64,000 nt of DNA from the NCBI GenBank assembly GCA_049724395.1, contig JAUGWO010000083.1:1-64000 (forward strand), read 5' to 3'. Origin of the DNA: Spongospora subterranea f. sp. subterranea. Its lineage: Eukaryota. Positions 51,624 to 64,000 of the stretch are shown here, in pieces (position 1 is the stretch's first letter; every line of letters begins with the position of its first letter). Under the pieces are notes generated by a model. It searched no databases. It worked only from the letters and a program-made list of their open reading frames with translations, and was not told the DNA's origin. The translations under genes and the position numbers were made by a program.

Positions 51624-53974
51624 ATGGAGATATCGTATGATTACATCAAGAAGAGGAAGGAGTTCGGTAAACATCCAGCATTTGAGGATGTTGCATCGTA
51701 TATAATGGAGTCGATACCATCAATCCCTGGACCTAATCCACAATGGGCTCCTCGTGCAATAACCTCATCACAGCTATCGTGTATACCACAGATGACGGAA
51801 CATTCAGTAAACACTGAGAGGTTTGTCCAAAAAGATCAAATCATGTTCCATAGTGAAGGTCCTCGTCATCTCGTCCATTAATACTTTATTTGGTGCTGAA
51901 AGTTGTTAATGAAGGTGGATGGCCAAAAGAGGTGAACTCGTCAGAATTCAAGGAACGAGAGAGGCACCTTCGTCGTGTTGAAAATGAGGATTCATATCGG
52001 ACATCAATCAAATCCCTTGTGTCGATATCAGAGAAGGTGGTGATGCAGAACAACACAATCGATATGTACGATGAGTACTTTACAGGTACACGGGGGGCGG
52101 GGTCTGCCCTAATCATCATCATCATCTGTAAGTATTGACCACATTCACCAACAGGAATGACTGTTGATCACTCTCCTGAACCGCCATCCGCTAAGACCCT
52201 AACTGTCTTTCGTGATCCTAATCCAATTAGGCGATCAGCCACACAGATATCGTGGCATCCAGATGGCGCTTCAAAACTGGCAGGTTTACCCCAGACCCCA
52301 TCCTGAACCAATATTGATATTGTCGCTAACCGGCACCTGTTTCATCCATAGTGTCATATGCGGTTTTATCATTTCAACAGATGCCCCAAGATCTGCCTGT
52401 ATCCTCATATATATGGGATGTTAATAATCCAACCAATCCATCCCTTGAACTGATCCCAACGTCACCGTTATGCTCCATCACATATAATCCCAAGAATGCC
52501 GATTATCTCGTCGGTGGGAGCTATAACGGTCTGATCGGGTTCTGGGATATTCGTAAAGGTGTGATCTGATCAATATCGGGTCGTGACCGACACCTTCTCC
52601 CAACAATTGATGATGGTGAACAGGATCATTACCTGTGGAGAAATCTGTTGTGGAGAAATCCCATCACGATCCGGTTTATCAGATCCAATGGATTCAGAGT
52701 CGCTCAGGAAATGAGTGTTGTTCAATATCAACCGATGGCCATATATTATGGTGGGATATCAGGAAATTAGCCTCAGGTCGGTCAATTGTTGATCCAGGAC
52801 CATCATACCGATCATCAATTGATCGTATCAGGGCCAACTGATTCAATGCTGATGTCGGACCCAGAATCGGAATCAGAACATTTCGGTGGGACCGCACTAG
52901 AATACAGATCGGATGCTGGAGCTACCAGGTTCTTGGTTGGAACTGAACAAGGAACGATATTGAACATTGAACGGAAAGCGAAGAAGGACTTCGACAGCCA
53001 GAAATCGATACGAATGATATATGGAGAGGAGACAGGTCGTCATCATGGACCGGTTTATTCAGTATCGGTAAGGATTGGTGTGATCAACAATCATTTCCCA
53101 ACCGGGATATCGCACCAGTTCTTGACTGTTGTGCGATAGAGAAATCCGCTGAATCTCAAGTTCTTCATGTCGGTTGGGGATTGGACAACTCGTATCTGGA
53201 TGGAGGATCTCAAGTCGCCTATCCTGTCGACCCGATATGAGCAATCGTATTTAACAGCGGGGTGTTGGTCACCTACACGACCTGGTGTATTCTATACTAC
53301 AAAGTTGAACGGAACTTTGGATGTTTGGGATCTTATTCTATCGCCATAACGATCCGGTCTATACAACACGAGTAAGATCCGGTTGACGATTACTCAATTT
53401 GGATACCTGAGTTAGGTTGCCATCGAATCAGGTTGGAGAAGCCAGTCTTACATCTATATCGGTACAAAATGAGGGGCGATTAGTCGCCGTCGGTGCCTCT
53501 GAAGGTATATTTTCTTGTTCGTTTGATATGCTATGGTTCTCGTGGGTTCACATTTGAGATACAGGGAGCACAACTCTGCTCGAGGTCTGCCCTAGTCTGT
53601 ATGAACCCCAAAATAACGAGAAGGCATCGATTGCCCAAATGTTTGAACGCGAGAATAAACGTGAGAAGAACCTGGAAGTTCGGGCATTGCAGTTAAAGCG
53701 AGAGAAAAAGACGGGAAAGGTAGATAAAGCTAAGGTGTCAAATGATGTGATATGGCTTGATAACCTTGATCCCATTTAGGCTGCGGTTGGGTCCGGCTCG
53801 ACAGATGGGGTATCGAATGATCAATCGAGCAGCGACAATAAGGGCAGCGATCTAGCTCAGATAGAGAAACAGTTCTACGAGATGATCGCCAGAGATCAGG
53901 GAGACGGTGAACCGGACGGAACTGGGGCACAAGGAGAGGAATCGCCATCTGCTGATGTACCTGGAGCTCAGTAG
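51624..53974 (+). CDS. DNAI2: Axonemal outer-arm dynein intermediate chain 2 (IC69/IC2), multi-exon
   Basis: [91 protein letters not shown]. Confidence 0.95.
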
Positions 53975-54880
53975 ATCGGGTGCATGATCATAACTGATTC
54001 ATTCACATTAAACGAAATAACAACAAAATGATGAATTAACAACACGATTAAATGTAGCTGATCGCACCAGTGATATCATTGTCGAATGTAGATAGTTGTA
54101 TATTTTTGACTGCCCCTTCAAATGCGGAACTATAATCATCAGTTGTAGTATTCGGTAGTCTCATCTTGCATCAGGATAATTAAAGGTCTCAGACCTAACA
54201 TGAATGGAGATCACAACAGCATCGTACCTTGGTTATTGCTGTTGGACAAGTTATTGAACACTTCTACGCTTGTCGAGTTCATAACCCCATTACTCGATTG
54301 ACATGAAAATGGAGGCGTCTTGCGCTCTTAGTGTCTGTCGATGTTGGATGTCGCTAACAGCAAACAAGGAGGTCGGTGTTCCCTCACGAATCAAGAGTAT
54401 GAAACAGATAAACTTGGTGTCAAATCGATCGATTCACTCAAATCGTAATCAGTTGTCTCTTTTAATACCAGAGAGTTACGTCCAGGACGAGACAGCTTCG
54501 ACATATACACGCCCAATGTCTTCTCCCGCAGCTGGTCAGAGAATTAGACTTCAAGGGTAGCCTCTCTTTCAGGTTGGGCGCCACCTAAAGAGCTTCTTGA
54601 CCTACTGGGGCAGATCGCACGAACCATCGCCCCAGTAAAAAGAACTCAACGCCCAGAATGGGCAATGAATGACGGAATTTGCGCTATGATGGAGCACACC
54701 CTTCGCCTGTTAGCGCTGACAAGCTCGAGAAATAGACAAAGTCGAACGATGTTCAATGGTGTTAATATTGGATCGTACTGAACTGTACGTAATTAATCTC
54801 AGAAATGGAAGTGGCAAGTGCTGACAATTAGGCGCCAATACCGGTGTTGGCCCAAGTCAGTAGTTTCAAAAACTCAAGTC

Positions 54881-57800
54881 ATGGACGAAAGACATGAGTT
54901 TGAAGGGTCAACCGCCGAACGGCAAATCAAACCCTATATCAACCAATCACGTCAACTGTTGATCCAAGCCCACGAACAGTTACAACTGAAAAACGAACAG
55001 ATACAGTTATTGGTTAATGAAAATGCAGAGCTACTGGAGAAATATAAAACCGAGAAAGAGGCCAGACAGCGCTTAGAGACAGATTTATCCTCAGCGATGA
55101 AAGGTGAGACGCGAGAAATAGCCAAGAAATTAGAGAGGTGCGGCGTCACTAAAATCAACGATAAAGAAGATCCGAGAACAACTTCAATAACGGTATCGGA
55201 ACTTTCTAAACAAGGTTGGTATTGTGTTGGAATGCTCTAATAGTACTGATGAATCAATGTCAAAGTGAAATGCGCTCGGGATGAGCTCCAAGACATATAC
55301 TTTGAGAACTCAAGATACAGGTCCGAGATACAAAAGTTAAGCGCAGGTTTGAGTAAAATACACGAAGATAATGAAGCGGAGAGGAAAGAGTGGAAGTCGA
55401 AGGCTGTGCAGTTATTACAGAAGCTACAAACAGAAGGTGATTCTTCATGGTTGTTAAGGAGTCGTTCCCGTGATGTTGGCATCTTGGTGCTTAGAGGGCA
55501 ATGCTCGACAATCACGAGCGGAGGCGGAGGCACTATCCGCTGACTGCATCAGGATAGGGTCAGAGAATATGAGGCTGGACGAACGACTTTCAGAACAAGA
55601 ACATAAACTTAGAGTACTATTGGATAGCTTGAAAGATGCTGAAACAGAGGCGAGCAGGCTAAAAGCAGATAATAGTAAAATGAAAGAGGAAGCGGACACA
55701 GGCCAGAGGAAACTGGACCAGATGACGGCAGAGTCGAGTAAGGCCAACGATCAGTTAAGATTATTGAGCGAGAAGGTATATATGACTGGTTATCGTTAGA
55801 ATTGTTGGTGTGTTTCTGGCAATGAAAACCCATGAATAGGTATTCCACCTATTGAACCAACTCAATGCAATGAATGATTCAAAATCCCAATCTGAGCACG
55901 ATCTTCAATCAGCAGCGAAGAAGATTGCGATCTTAGAAAATCGGGCGCAGAGTTTAGAACAGGTAAAGAGCGTTTTCAAGTATGGTCAACCCGGGAGATA
56001 GAAACTTAGCTATAAAAGATTAGATGCTTGATCGTGACAACCGGATACAGAAGCAGATGGAAACCACGCTCAAGGTAGAAAAAAGATAAATCGACGTCCT
56101 TCCGATTGACCGGGCAAGAATTTCGAAGAAAATTCATTGCTGAAGAAAAAATCAAGCAAAAAATGGTGGATTTGTTGAAATCTAAAGAGAAAATGATGAG
56201 CGAGATAATGAGCAAATATAAGGACGCGCAGTGGACGATACATAGCCAAAAGAGCGTCAAAGGTGTTCGACAGAAAAGGGTTCAGGATCTTGAGCTACAG
56301 GTAATGGAGTAATGAGGGAGTTCGAGGAGAAGTATAACTTTGTTGAGATGTAGGTTAATGGTCTCTTGACTACTATCACATCATTAAAGGCTCAAGTTGA
56401 ATCGCTGAACATAGCTCAAACTAAACTCATCAATTTGGTTAGGAGCAAAGATGGAGAAATTAAACTCCATCGCCAAACAGAAAAACAATATCTTTCCAAA
56501 TTTCAAGATATTGCGCACCACAGGAACGAGGTAAGATTGGTTAAGGAGAAAGGGATGGGGATTTAACATCATTGCAAATAGGATGAACAAAAATATCCAG
56601 CGTTGTCGCTGGAGGAAGTTGACAAATTACTTAATGGAAAGGACAAGTTGACATTGAACATGATAGCCATGTTGAGCAGATTACAAATATCAGAACAGTC
56701 GTTCGAAGAGATGGCCTCGTCCGCAACGTCTTTTTATTTAATTGAGAAGATAGCGCAACGATTCAGCAGGTTGGTACCCAAGAAGGGTGGCAATCTTGCA
56801 AAAGAGAAGCATAAGAAGCCGACTTTGACGCGTTTTGTCCCCAACGGACTCAACGAAAACAATGATGAAAAAGTCAGTTGCATGGGTGTTGGCGACCGGG
56901 ATTCATGCTCGAAGATGACGATGGCAGCGTTTACAAACCTGTGTTATATATTATGGCCGGGATTGAGAACAGGAACCGGATTAGAAACGGACCCTGAGTT
57001 GTCCTCCAGTAACAAATCATGTAACAGCATCAGGTAACGTCATGGCACAGTATGGTCATGCAGCTAGAGTGGTTTAGTGATGGGGTCCACAGTCAGCACA
57101 CACACACACACCCCACACACGTCTTACACCCCCCACAATCCCATCGTGATCAACCTCATTCCTCTAACCATAATCCTATTGTGTTTGCAATCAGATACCT
57201 GAACCTTTCGAATCAATCGTTGACGACTCCTCACATATCGTGTTTAGTCCCGTTTATATCGGCTAATCCCGATTTGATCTATCTCGATCTATCCCATAAT
57301 CAGGTTCACGACCAGGCTTTCAGTCTGTTGATACGATCGTTATGCCATCCTTTCTCACAGATTCAGGTAAAGCAGACTACTGTAAGGCACTGAAACTTTT
57401 CACATGATGATTCCGTTTCCAATATATCAGGTTATCAATCTATCCGACAATTTTATCAGTTCTCATGCCGTTCATTCATCATATCTTTGGCTGCGGTCAA
57501 ACCAGCATGTTTCGGCTATATATTATCGCATCAATCGGTTGCGGCACAGATCAGATCCGATGCATTTGCCTGAAATAGCAATGAAAATATCGCAGAGAGA
57601 AGTGGTCATAATGTTGAGTAACAATGATATGCCAGGGGATGCTTTAGATAAGGTTTGGCGTATAATGGTGATAGATACATACTGTATCGCTCTGATCGGC
57701 TTGAAAATGTGATTTAGTTGGTGGCGAAGTTAGAAGCAGAGGGAAAGTCAGTAGTTGATGGAGCACTGCGCGCAGAGGTAGATCGAAATATAGACAAGAT

Positions 57801-58355
57801 CAAATCCAATTGCTTTCGCATGATGCATGGACGTGATCAAGGTATGACACGATCAGACGTCAGATTTACTTTGAATACTGACACACGGTTTTTAGAAAAC
57901 GACCAGCACATTCCACACATATCTGGCCGTGACTGGGATAAAAACAATTTAAATGAGCGCTCGTCATCACCGACTTTGTCTATGATGGTTAAATCATCAA
58001 AGTCCCCGTATTTATCCAGATCTATATCCCAAAGGTATCGCAATCGCACATGACATGGATTTCACTTTCAGATATATTGGATATCAGTACCTATGCAGGA
58101 AATTTCCTGCCGGATGCTCATGAACTGTTGGTTCGCAAACGATCGGGGAGAGCGCGTTCTCAATTATCTCGGTTGTCCACAACCAGTAATGAAGTGCCTC
58201 CAAACATAGGTGTGGCTTCTGACGTCGCACCGTCGCCAATAGCAGATACTAGAGTAAAGAAATTTAACAGGAGTAGCAAACCAGGTGATAGACCTGCAAG
58301 CAAACCCAGATATAGGAAGCCACACTCTTTGAAGTCATTGCAACCTATAAAATAA
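54881..58355 (+). CDS. Large coiled-coil protein with C-terminal leucine-rich repeats, multi-exon; start uncertain
   Basis: Many E/K/L-rich exons, then LRR units YLNLSNQSL, LIYLDLSHNQV, VINLSDNFI. Confidence 0.7.
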
Positions 58356-60650
58356 ACAGCGGTGTCGAAGTAATCAACGGAATGAATGAGTTCTCGAACG
58401 GTCACTACCATTGTTTTTGTAACCCTTTTCCTGATCTGGTCAGAATGTGCTGATTTGATAATAATGTCTGTTTCATGAAGGATCTATCGCGAATGACGGC
58501 CTTGAATATATGCGAAGAAACCTATTCACAAACGGTTCGTCAAGTTGACTCTATTGTATTTAATCGAATGAGAATATGGAAATGGAATTCGAAGAGGATT
58601 CTCAGCTTTATCATGGCTTGAATTTGTTTGTGTTGTTGGGCCAATATCACTTGAGCTAATCGCCGTTTCTGCTGTCAGTGGAGGTAGATTATCGGACCAA
58701 ACACAAATGGGGCGGATCAGAAAACGGAAGCTGAGTACAGTAGGAGCAAGGAGTTGATTGACACGGAGGAGCGCGGCGAGATCAAGGTTAAGTGAGACGG
58801 GACGAGGGCGATGTCATGGGCGAGGTAAAGCGTATGATGTATCCAATGTCATCCCAACTCCATCTGTTTTCAACCCGAAAAGGTACCGGCCACTGACAGC
58901 ATGGGCGTCGATCAACTTCAAGCACTACTGCTTCAACAACAGGACCTGATTAGCAATCATTGACCTAGTTCCTTAACAGTTGACCGATTCAGAAATACGC
59001 CAGTTCGTGATGAAAGAATGTAGTGCTGATAACGGGGCTTGACCGCGAGCAGCGTGCATATCCAACAAGTTACGTTGTCCTCGGACATTCGAAAGCCGCT
59101 TGACACATGAATGTTGGAGGGATAGATATATTCTAATACGTTGGCAATACTGAAGGCGCCTGTCAAGCGGAAAGAGAGAGACGTGTCGATGCAAACCCGA
59201 AAACACAGTTATATTCGTGGGATGAAAGGCGCTTACTCACGTGAATGACAGAGCCGAGTTGCACAGAGAACGAGATTGCGCGCAGCGCCAAGTAGCGGAC
59301 AACCTTGTGTTCCATTCCAATGGCCTCGGATATCAATACTTTGATCGTCGCCATCTTCATATTAGTGCAGCATTAACGCCGGAGCGCGACCTCAATTATA
59401 TCCTCCAATCTGAATATTGACAACAAAATCTGATGACTCTGAATCGGCCATTTGAGTGAAGAGTGCCTTACGATAGGTTCAGATTGATGGTAACTTGCTG
59501 AGGATACTTCACCGAATTCCTTCCGCAGTTACATAATAAGGTACAGTATTCTTTTTTTTTTCCTTGTCCTCACGCTCGTTGATCTCTGGCAACTCGTAGA
59601 CATGCATACTCCGGGCTCGTGTGTCACCCATTCGGTATTGCGTTTGCTGCATTGCACAGCAGTTCAATGCCCAATGAGTGTTTGGTCCCTTTCGTTTCGA
59701 CGACGGACACCGGAAGATCTGGAGGTTTACAGCGTCTCGAATTCTATGCGACTTGCAAGAAAATGAAGAGCGTAAAGACATTGGTTAGAACCTGGCAGTT
59801 GCTGTGATGGCGTTGTCGCGGTCTGTAATGATGAGAACTGTCTAGGTCGCGCTACGGAAACGGAAAGCGATCTCAGATATTGTCGTTCGGTGCTCCAATC
59901 ACAATCAATGTCATAAAGATTGGTTCAAAATCGCATGGTATTGTACTTGCAAGGTTCAATCTAACACCTGTTAGCGTATCAACTGTGTTCTTGTGTTGTT
60001 TTGTGTGGATGCTCTCAATTACTGTACGATAATATGGTTTTTTGTCAACCATCGGTGAATTTTTACGGCTGGGTAGCCGTTGCAAAATACAAATTCGAAT
60101 AAACGGAACGACCCTGATCGTCAGCGACTGGTCGTATACTTGTTATATCTACGGCCAGAATAAACTCGTGCTGCTTTGATTTCTCGCTTGGCAAACCTGT
60201 TCAACCCGTCGGGCGTTCAGTTGGATCACATTCAGCATGTGTGTTTTGTTTCTTCGGTGAATGAAGATCTCTGTGGCGAAGCTCTTCAACACATGTGTGT
60301 CTTGGCGACGTCGTAGTCGGGACTGTTTTCTTTGAGTCGGAAGCAATACGGTTGTTGGGGTGTCAAATTCGATTATAAACCACTGACGACCCCGCCACTC
60401 GGGCAGAAAAGCACATCCTTACAACTATCCAAACCCGTTCCACGCCAAACACATTGGCGTAGGAGCCTAAGTCCTCCTTCGATCACAACGCCATCCCAAC
60501 TCGCCCAGAACAGGAAGGCAGAGAAAAAAAAAATTCTTTTTGTTTGTAGATACTGCATCTAGTAAAACGGAATTTATGACTCGGTATTTTCCATACAATT
60601 TCTTGAAAAGAGTCAAAACTAGCCAATAGCTGTCGAGATATTGAAAATGC

Positions 60651-60992
60651 GACCTCTTTTGACCGGATTAGTGCTGATGGGAATGGAGCGACTATACCAT
60701 CTACCTTGAGGTGATTGGTGTTGTTGACGGTTCAGTTTAGGCGTTTCGGAACAGAGTCGTTCGGGATGCCCTTCGCTGTCACAATTCCAGGAATGGTGAG
60801 CTCGCCTTGTGCGTCTGGGTACGGCCGTCCCCATAACCTCCACTGCTCGGTTCTGCGAATCAACTCATCGCCTCTTTGTCGGCGGTTAGTGCATCACTGA
60901 ACCGTCGACGACATCTATCACTTCAGGGTAGATGGTATAGTCGCAACGACTTCTCCATTCCCAGCAGCACTAATCCGGTCAAAAGAGGGTCA
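60651..60992. repeat. Imperfect ~65-75-bp inverted repeat
   Basis: CCTCTTTTGACCGGATTAGTGCTG...GCGACTATACCATCTACC (60651-60715) is mirrored at 60917-60992. Confidence 0.85.
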
Positions 60993-61499
60993 TGAGGCAG
61001 GCATTTCATCGAATGTGAAAACGTCTCGACACCAGGTGCCATTGACCGCAAACAATCGCTCATTGCTGAACCTGAAATAGAATCCAGCAGAACCTCAGGT
61101 TGGTCCAAGAAGAAACCTTTACCATATATGTAGGGGCATCGAAGCTCGTAGCATCTTCAGGCTGCTGCAATGCCCAAGATAGAGATGACAGCACTTCAAT
61201 AACACATGGAGTAGTTTCGTCAGTAGTTTATTGGCTCTGAACTGGAGTCTTTTCGCCATTAAGATATGAATTAAGCGTATATCTAAATTGGTCGAAAGAT
61301 AAAAATTTCGAACAAAACTCACTTAGTTGAAAGGAATTGAAGCCGGAATCGATGGCAGAATTCGCATCTCGACGGAGACTTTATTAATTATAGGTACAAT
61401 GAAACGGAATAACTGCTCAGCTGGAGATTCAGACGAATTCCCATCCACGTTGATACCAGAAAAATCTCGCAGTGGATATCGTTTCGGAGTATATCGGGA

Positions 61500-62820
61500 A
61501 ATATCGTCGATGAAGCTTGATAGAGTACTTAAATATCCTCCTCCGTTACGCCCACCAGTATTGAGATTGGTTTGGCATGCCGATTAAACGACTGCACGAT
61601 TGTATCAACAAAGTGACAAATCCACCTGACAGTGAACTCCCTGTCGAACATTCTACGAATTCCGAATACGTGTTCACAGGGATATTCAGTGCAAAGTTTT
61701 GGAGTTTGAACAAAATTGTTGGCGAACAAGAACAGCGATTTCACATAGTGCAATACTAAGTTTGTACGAGTAATGGATTCCTTTTGAAGAATGGAACCAT
61801 AAGAAACATGACTAGAGGGAAGTTATCCGTACTGATCGATTGAGTGATACTTGGTTGGTAGCAGAATCCAACAGCTTCAAGAAGACCAATGATAATGCGA
61901 GCGCTGACTTGCTATCGTTGGGAGCTTTCGTCTGCAAAATCTAAATTGGTAAGATAAGCGGAATTTTGCAATATGTAAAGCTAATCCCACCGCTCGAAGA
62001 ACACTGGTTTGGCAAAGTTGTAGTACTTTAAGGTCAGAAGCAAAATCCGATAACTGCACGAGCTCCTTTGTTGATATGAGGCTCACATAACAAAAGCTAT
62101 AGACGGCTCAATCGCAGTTTACCCGCAATTTTTCAGCTGGCCACCAAACAAAAGAACACGATGTAATTTTTGCCATGTTATTGGCGTCGGATGTTGAAAC
62201 AACACGAGCAGTCCCGGTTAAAAATGAAAAATAAAGCGAAAAATTATTATACAGACCTAGTGAAATTCCAAAACTTACCAAAATGGAATAAGAAACTGGC
62301 GCTCATAGGCAACGCCATCGGTGCTGACGCTGAGTAGTTTCAAACCAGATGTTGCTGAACGATACGAGTCAACAAAACGTTAAATTCTTGGTCAGCATCA
62401 TTTTTGTTTTGTGCACGAGCAGCAAGAATAAAAATTGGCGACAACCCTGGCGGAACGTTTTGAACTGAAACAACAGCAACCTAAAGTGATTCATTTACAG
62501 CCCAAATATACCTTCAATCAGAAGCTAAATCATCAAAAGAATTGGGCTCCGACGGTAAAGATTAATAGCCTTCGATTGAAAGTGGAAGCAAATGATTAGG
62601 AGAGTTACGGCCAACAATGAAACCGTATTTTTGAGGCGATAATAAGGCTGGGACAATTATAGTTACGTCAAACGATAACGAAACTTTGAGTTCAGATTCA
62701 GGCTCAATGCTTCTAAGTTTGCTGACGAAGTGTTCAAGCCGAGCAGAAACATTTTCGATACTTAAGTCGAGCACGCAGAATCCTGAGAAAACCCAAATAT
62801 AATTTCGAAATTATAAATTT
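61500..62820 (-). mobile_element. Degenerate P-element/THAP9-like DDE transposase
   Basis: Ordered minus-strand motifs SLSFDVT, SVSTDGVAYE, DFASD..V..L and TEYPCEHVFGIRR (cf. QD..E..FG..R), in broken frames. Confidence 0.55.
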
Positions 62821-63006
62821 GTCATACCTTCAGAGAGAAGATATCCGTTGAATGTGACGCCACGATGAACCTGGCAGATTGTCGGCGACAACCTTAGACA
62901 CTTTCCTCCCATACGATGCTAGCATCAGATAAAAATTAACCAGTACTGTTTTAAGCAGGGCATTCATTCTGCCTTCTGACCGAGTGACCAATGATCGGAC
63001 CACGCA

Positions 63007-63203
63007 CATCGGCATCGAATCGTTTATGGCAAAATTCAATGAAATCTATAGCACAAACCCAGAATTAGAGTCGGACTCCCAGATGTTCGACTCTATAGAG
63101 ACGAACGCCCAGTATAGAGTCGAACATCTGGGAGTTCGACTCTAATTCTGGGTTTGTGCTATAGATTTCATTGAATTTTGCCATAAACGATTCGATGCCG
63201 ATG
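63007..63203. repeat. Near-perfect 91-bp inverted repeat with 15-bp spacer
   Basis: 63007-63097 vs 63113-63203, one mismatch. Confidence 0.95.
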
Positions 63204-64000
63204 ACTTTCTTATCACTGCCAAGAAAAAAAAAACGTTGCGATGGGAAATTTTTCCCTTCAAGGATGTGATAGATTTAACGCACTGAAGCCAGTGTTTGGC
63301 CTTGCTCATTAACTCTGCTCTGGCAGCAGTAGTATTTGAGCTGCTGATTTTGAAACAAATTGCAAGGTCGATGATGGAAGATCGCCCAATTGCCAATCCT
63401 GCAACCTGCAGGTGGTCCATACGTTCGAATTTTTTGCGGACAAGACGTGATGCAAAAAGGTTTTTGCATTGCATGCAATCACAACCTTTAAGCTTTGCAA
63501 AGGCTTACCCGTGCATCCAATGCTGTGAACAGTCATGCGGCCTATTCCGGATTTGAAAACCAAGTCAGGCTGGGGAGCACCATACTTTTCGTACAGCCGA
63601 AGCAATTCAGGATGCGGTGGCATTCCGCCCAGACATTGACGTCGGGGTGGCATCATAATGGCAACGTCAGTAGTATTTTCTGAATCATGAGTGGATTCTA
63701 TCGCAGTTGTGGCAGGCTGAGACGGAGCTGCAAAATAGGAAGTGGCCGTAGATATAACAAGTACACGACTCATAGAGTGAGCCGCAGAGGTAGTTAAAAC
63801 TGCGACCGTAAATGGAACGTGCCCGTCGTCAGACCAGCTCAGTCTTGCCAATAAAGCACCAATTTATAACTGGAAGTCTTGAGCTGTTGACTTTGATGGC
63901 AAAAACGCAACTCCAACGCGTTTATCGAATCGTAACCCAGGAGTGGCCTCTCAGTCTGGCTTAATCTCCGCTGAGCGCCAAAAAGCTGCCCTGGTCGACG

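Noticed and set aside
54050..54780. Possible minus-strand gene between DNAI2 and the coiled-coil gene
   Set aside because: Only short open segments; no consistent exon chain or recognisable domain.
58700..60600. Short ORFs in the right-hand island
   Set aside because: Fragmented frames with no recognisable motifs; probably decayed TE or pseudogene sequence.

Overview
Eukaryotic DNA with short (~50-70 bp) GT-AG introns, tightly packed genes and flagellar genes (DNAI2, ZMYND10). This suggests a zoosporic protist; a phytomyxid such as Spongospora/Plasmodiophora is my inference from gene style only. Gene-dense blocks hold ATXN2, ZMYND10, a secreted CAP protein, ETFB, a ferric reductase, VPS35L, two CAD-type Zn alcohol dehydrogenases, a secreted G/S/D-rich protein, NEPRO/DUF4477, an NCOA5-like protein, a USP, a CocE/NonD hydrolase, LSG1, DNAI2 and a coiled-coil/LRR protein. 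They alternate with islands of decayed transposons (GCM-domain Mutator-like, Ty3/gypsy, copia, Tc1/IS630-like, pogo, piggyBac, P-element-like). Most notable: (1) at least nine local fold-back inverted duplications, from perfect to heavily diverged, all in TE/intergenic islands; (2) a near-intact GCM-MULE transposase with a protease-like tail; (3) a 43-bp minisatellite plus a perfect 96-bp hairpin directly upstream of one ADH, within a four-copy ADH cluster; (4) four apparent +1 frameshifts in conserved genes, most likely assembly errors. No rRNA, tRNA or CRISPR array was recognised. I did not find a clearly demonstrable novel system. Exon boundaries were read by eye and are approximate.
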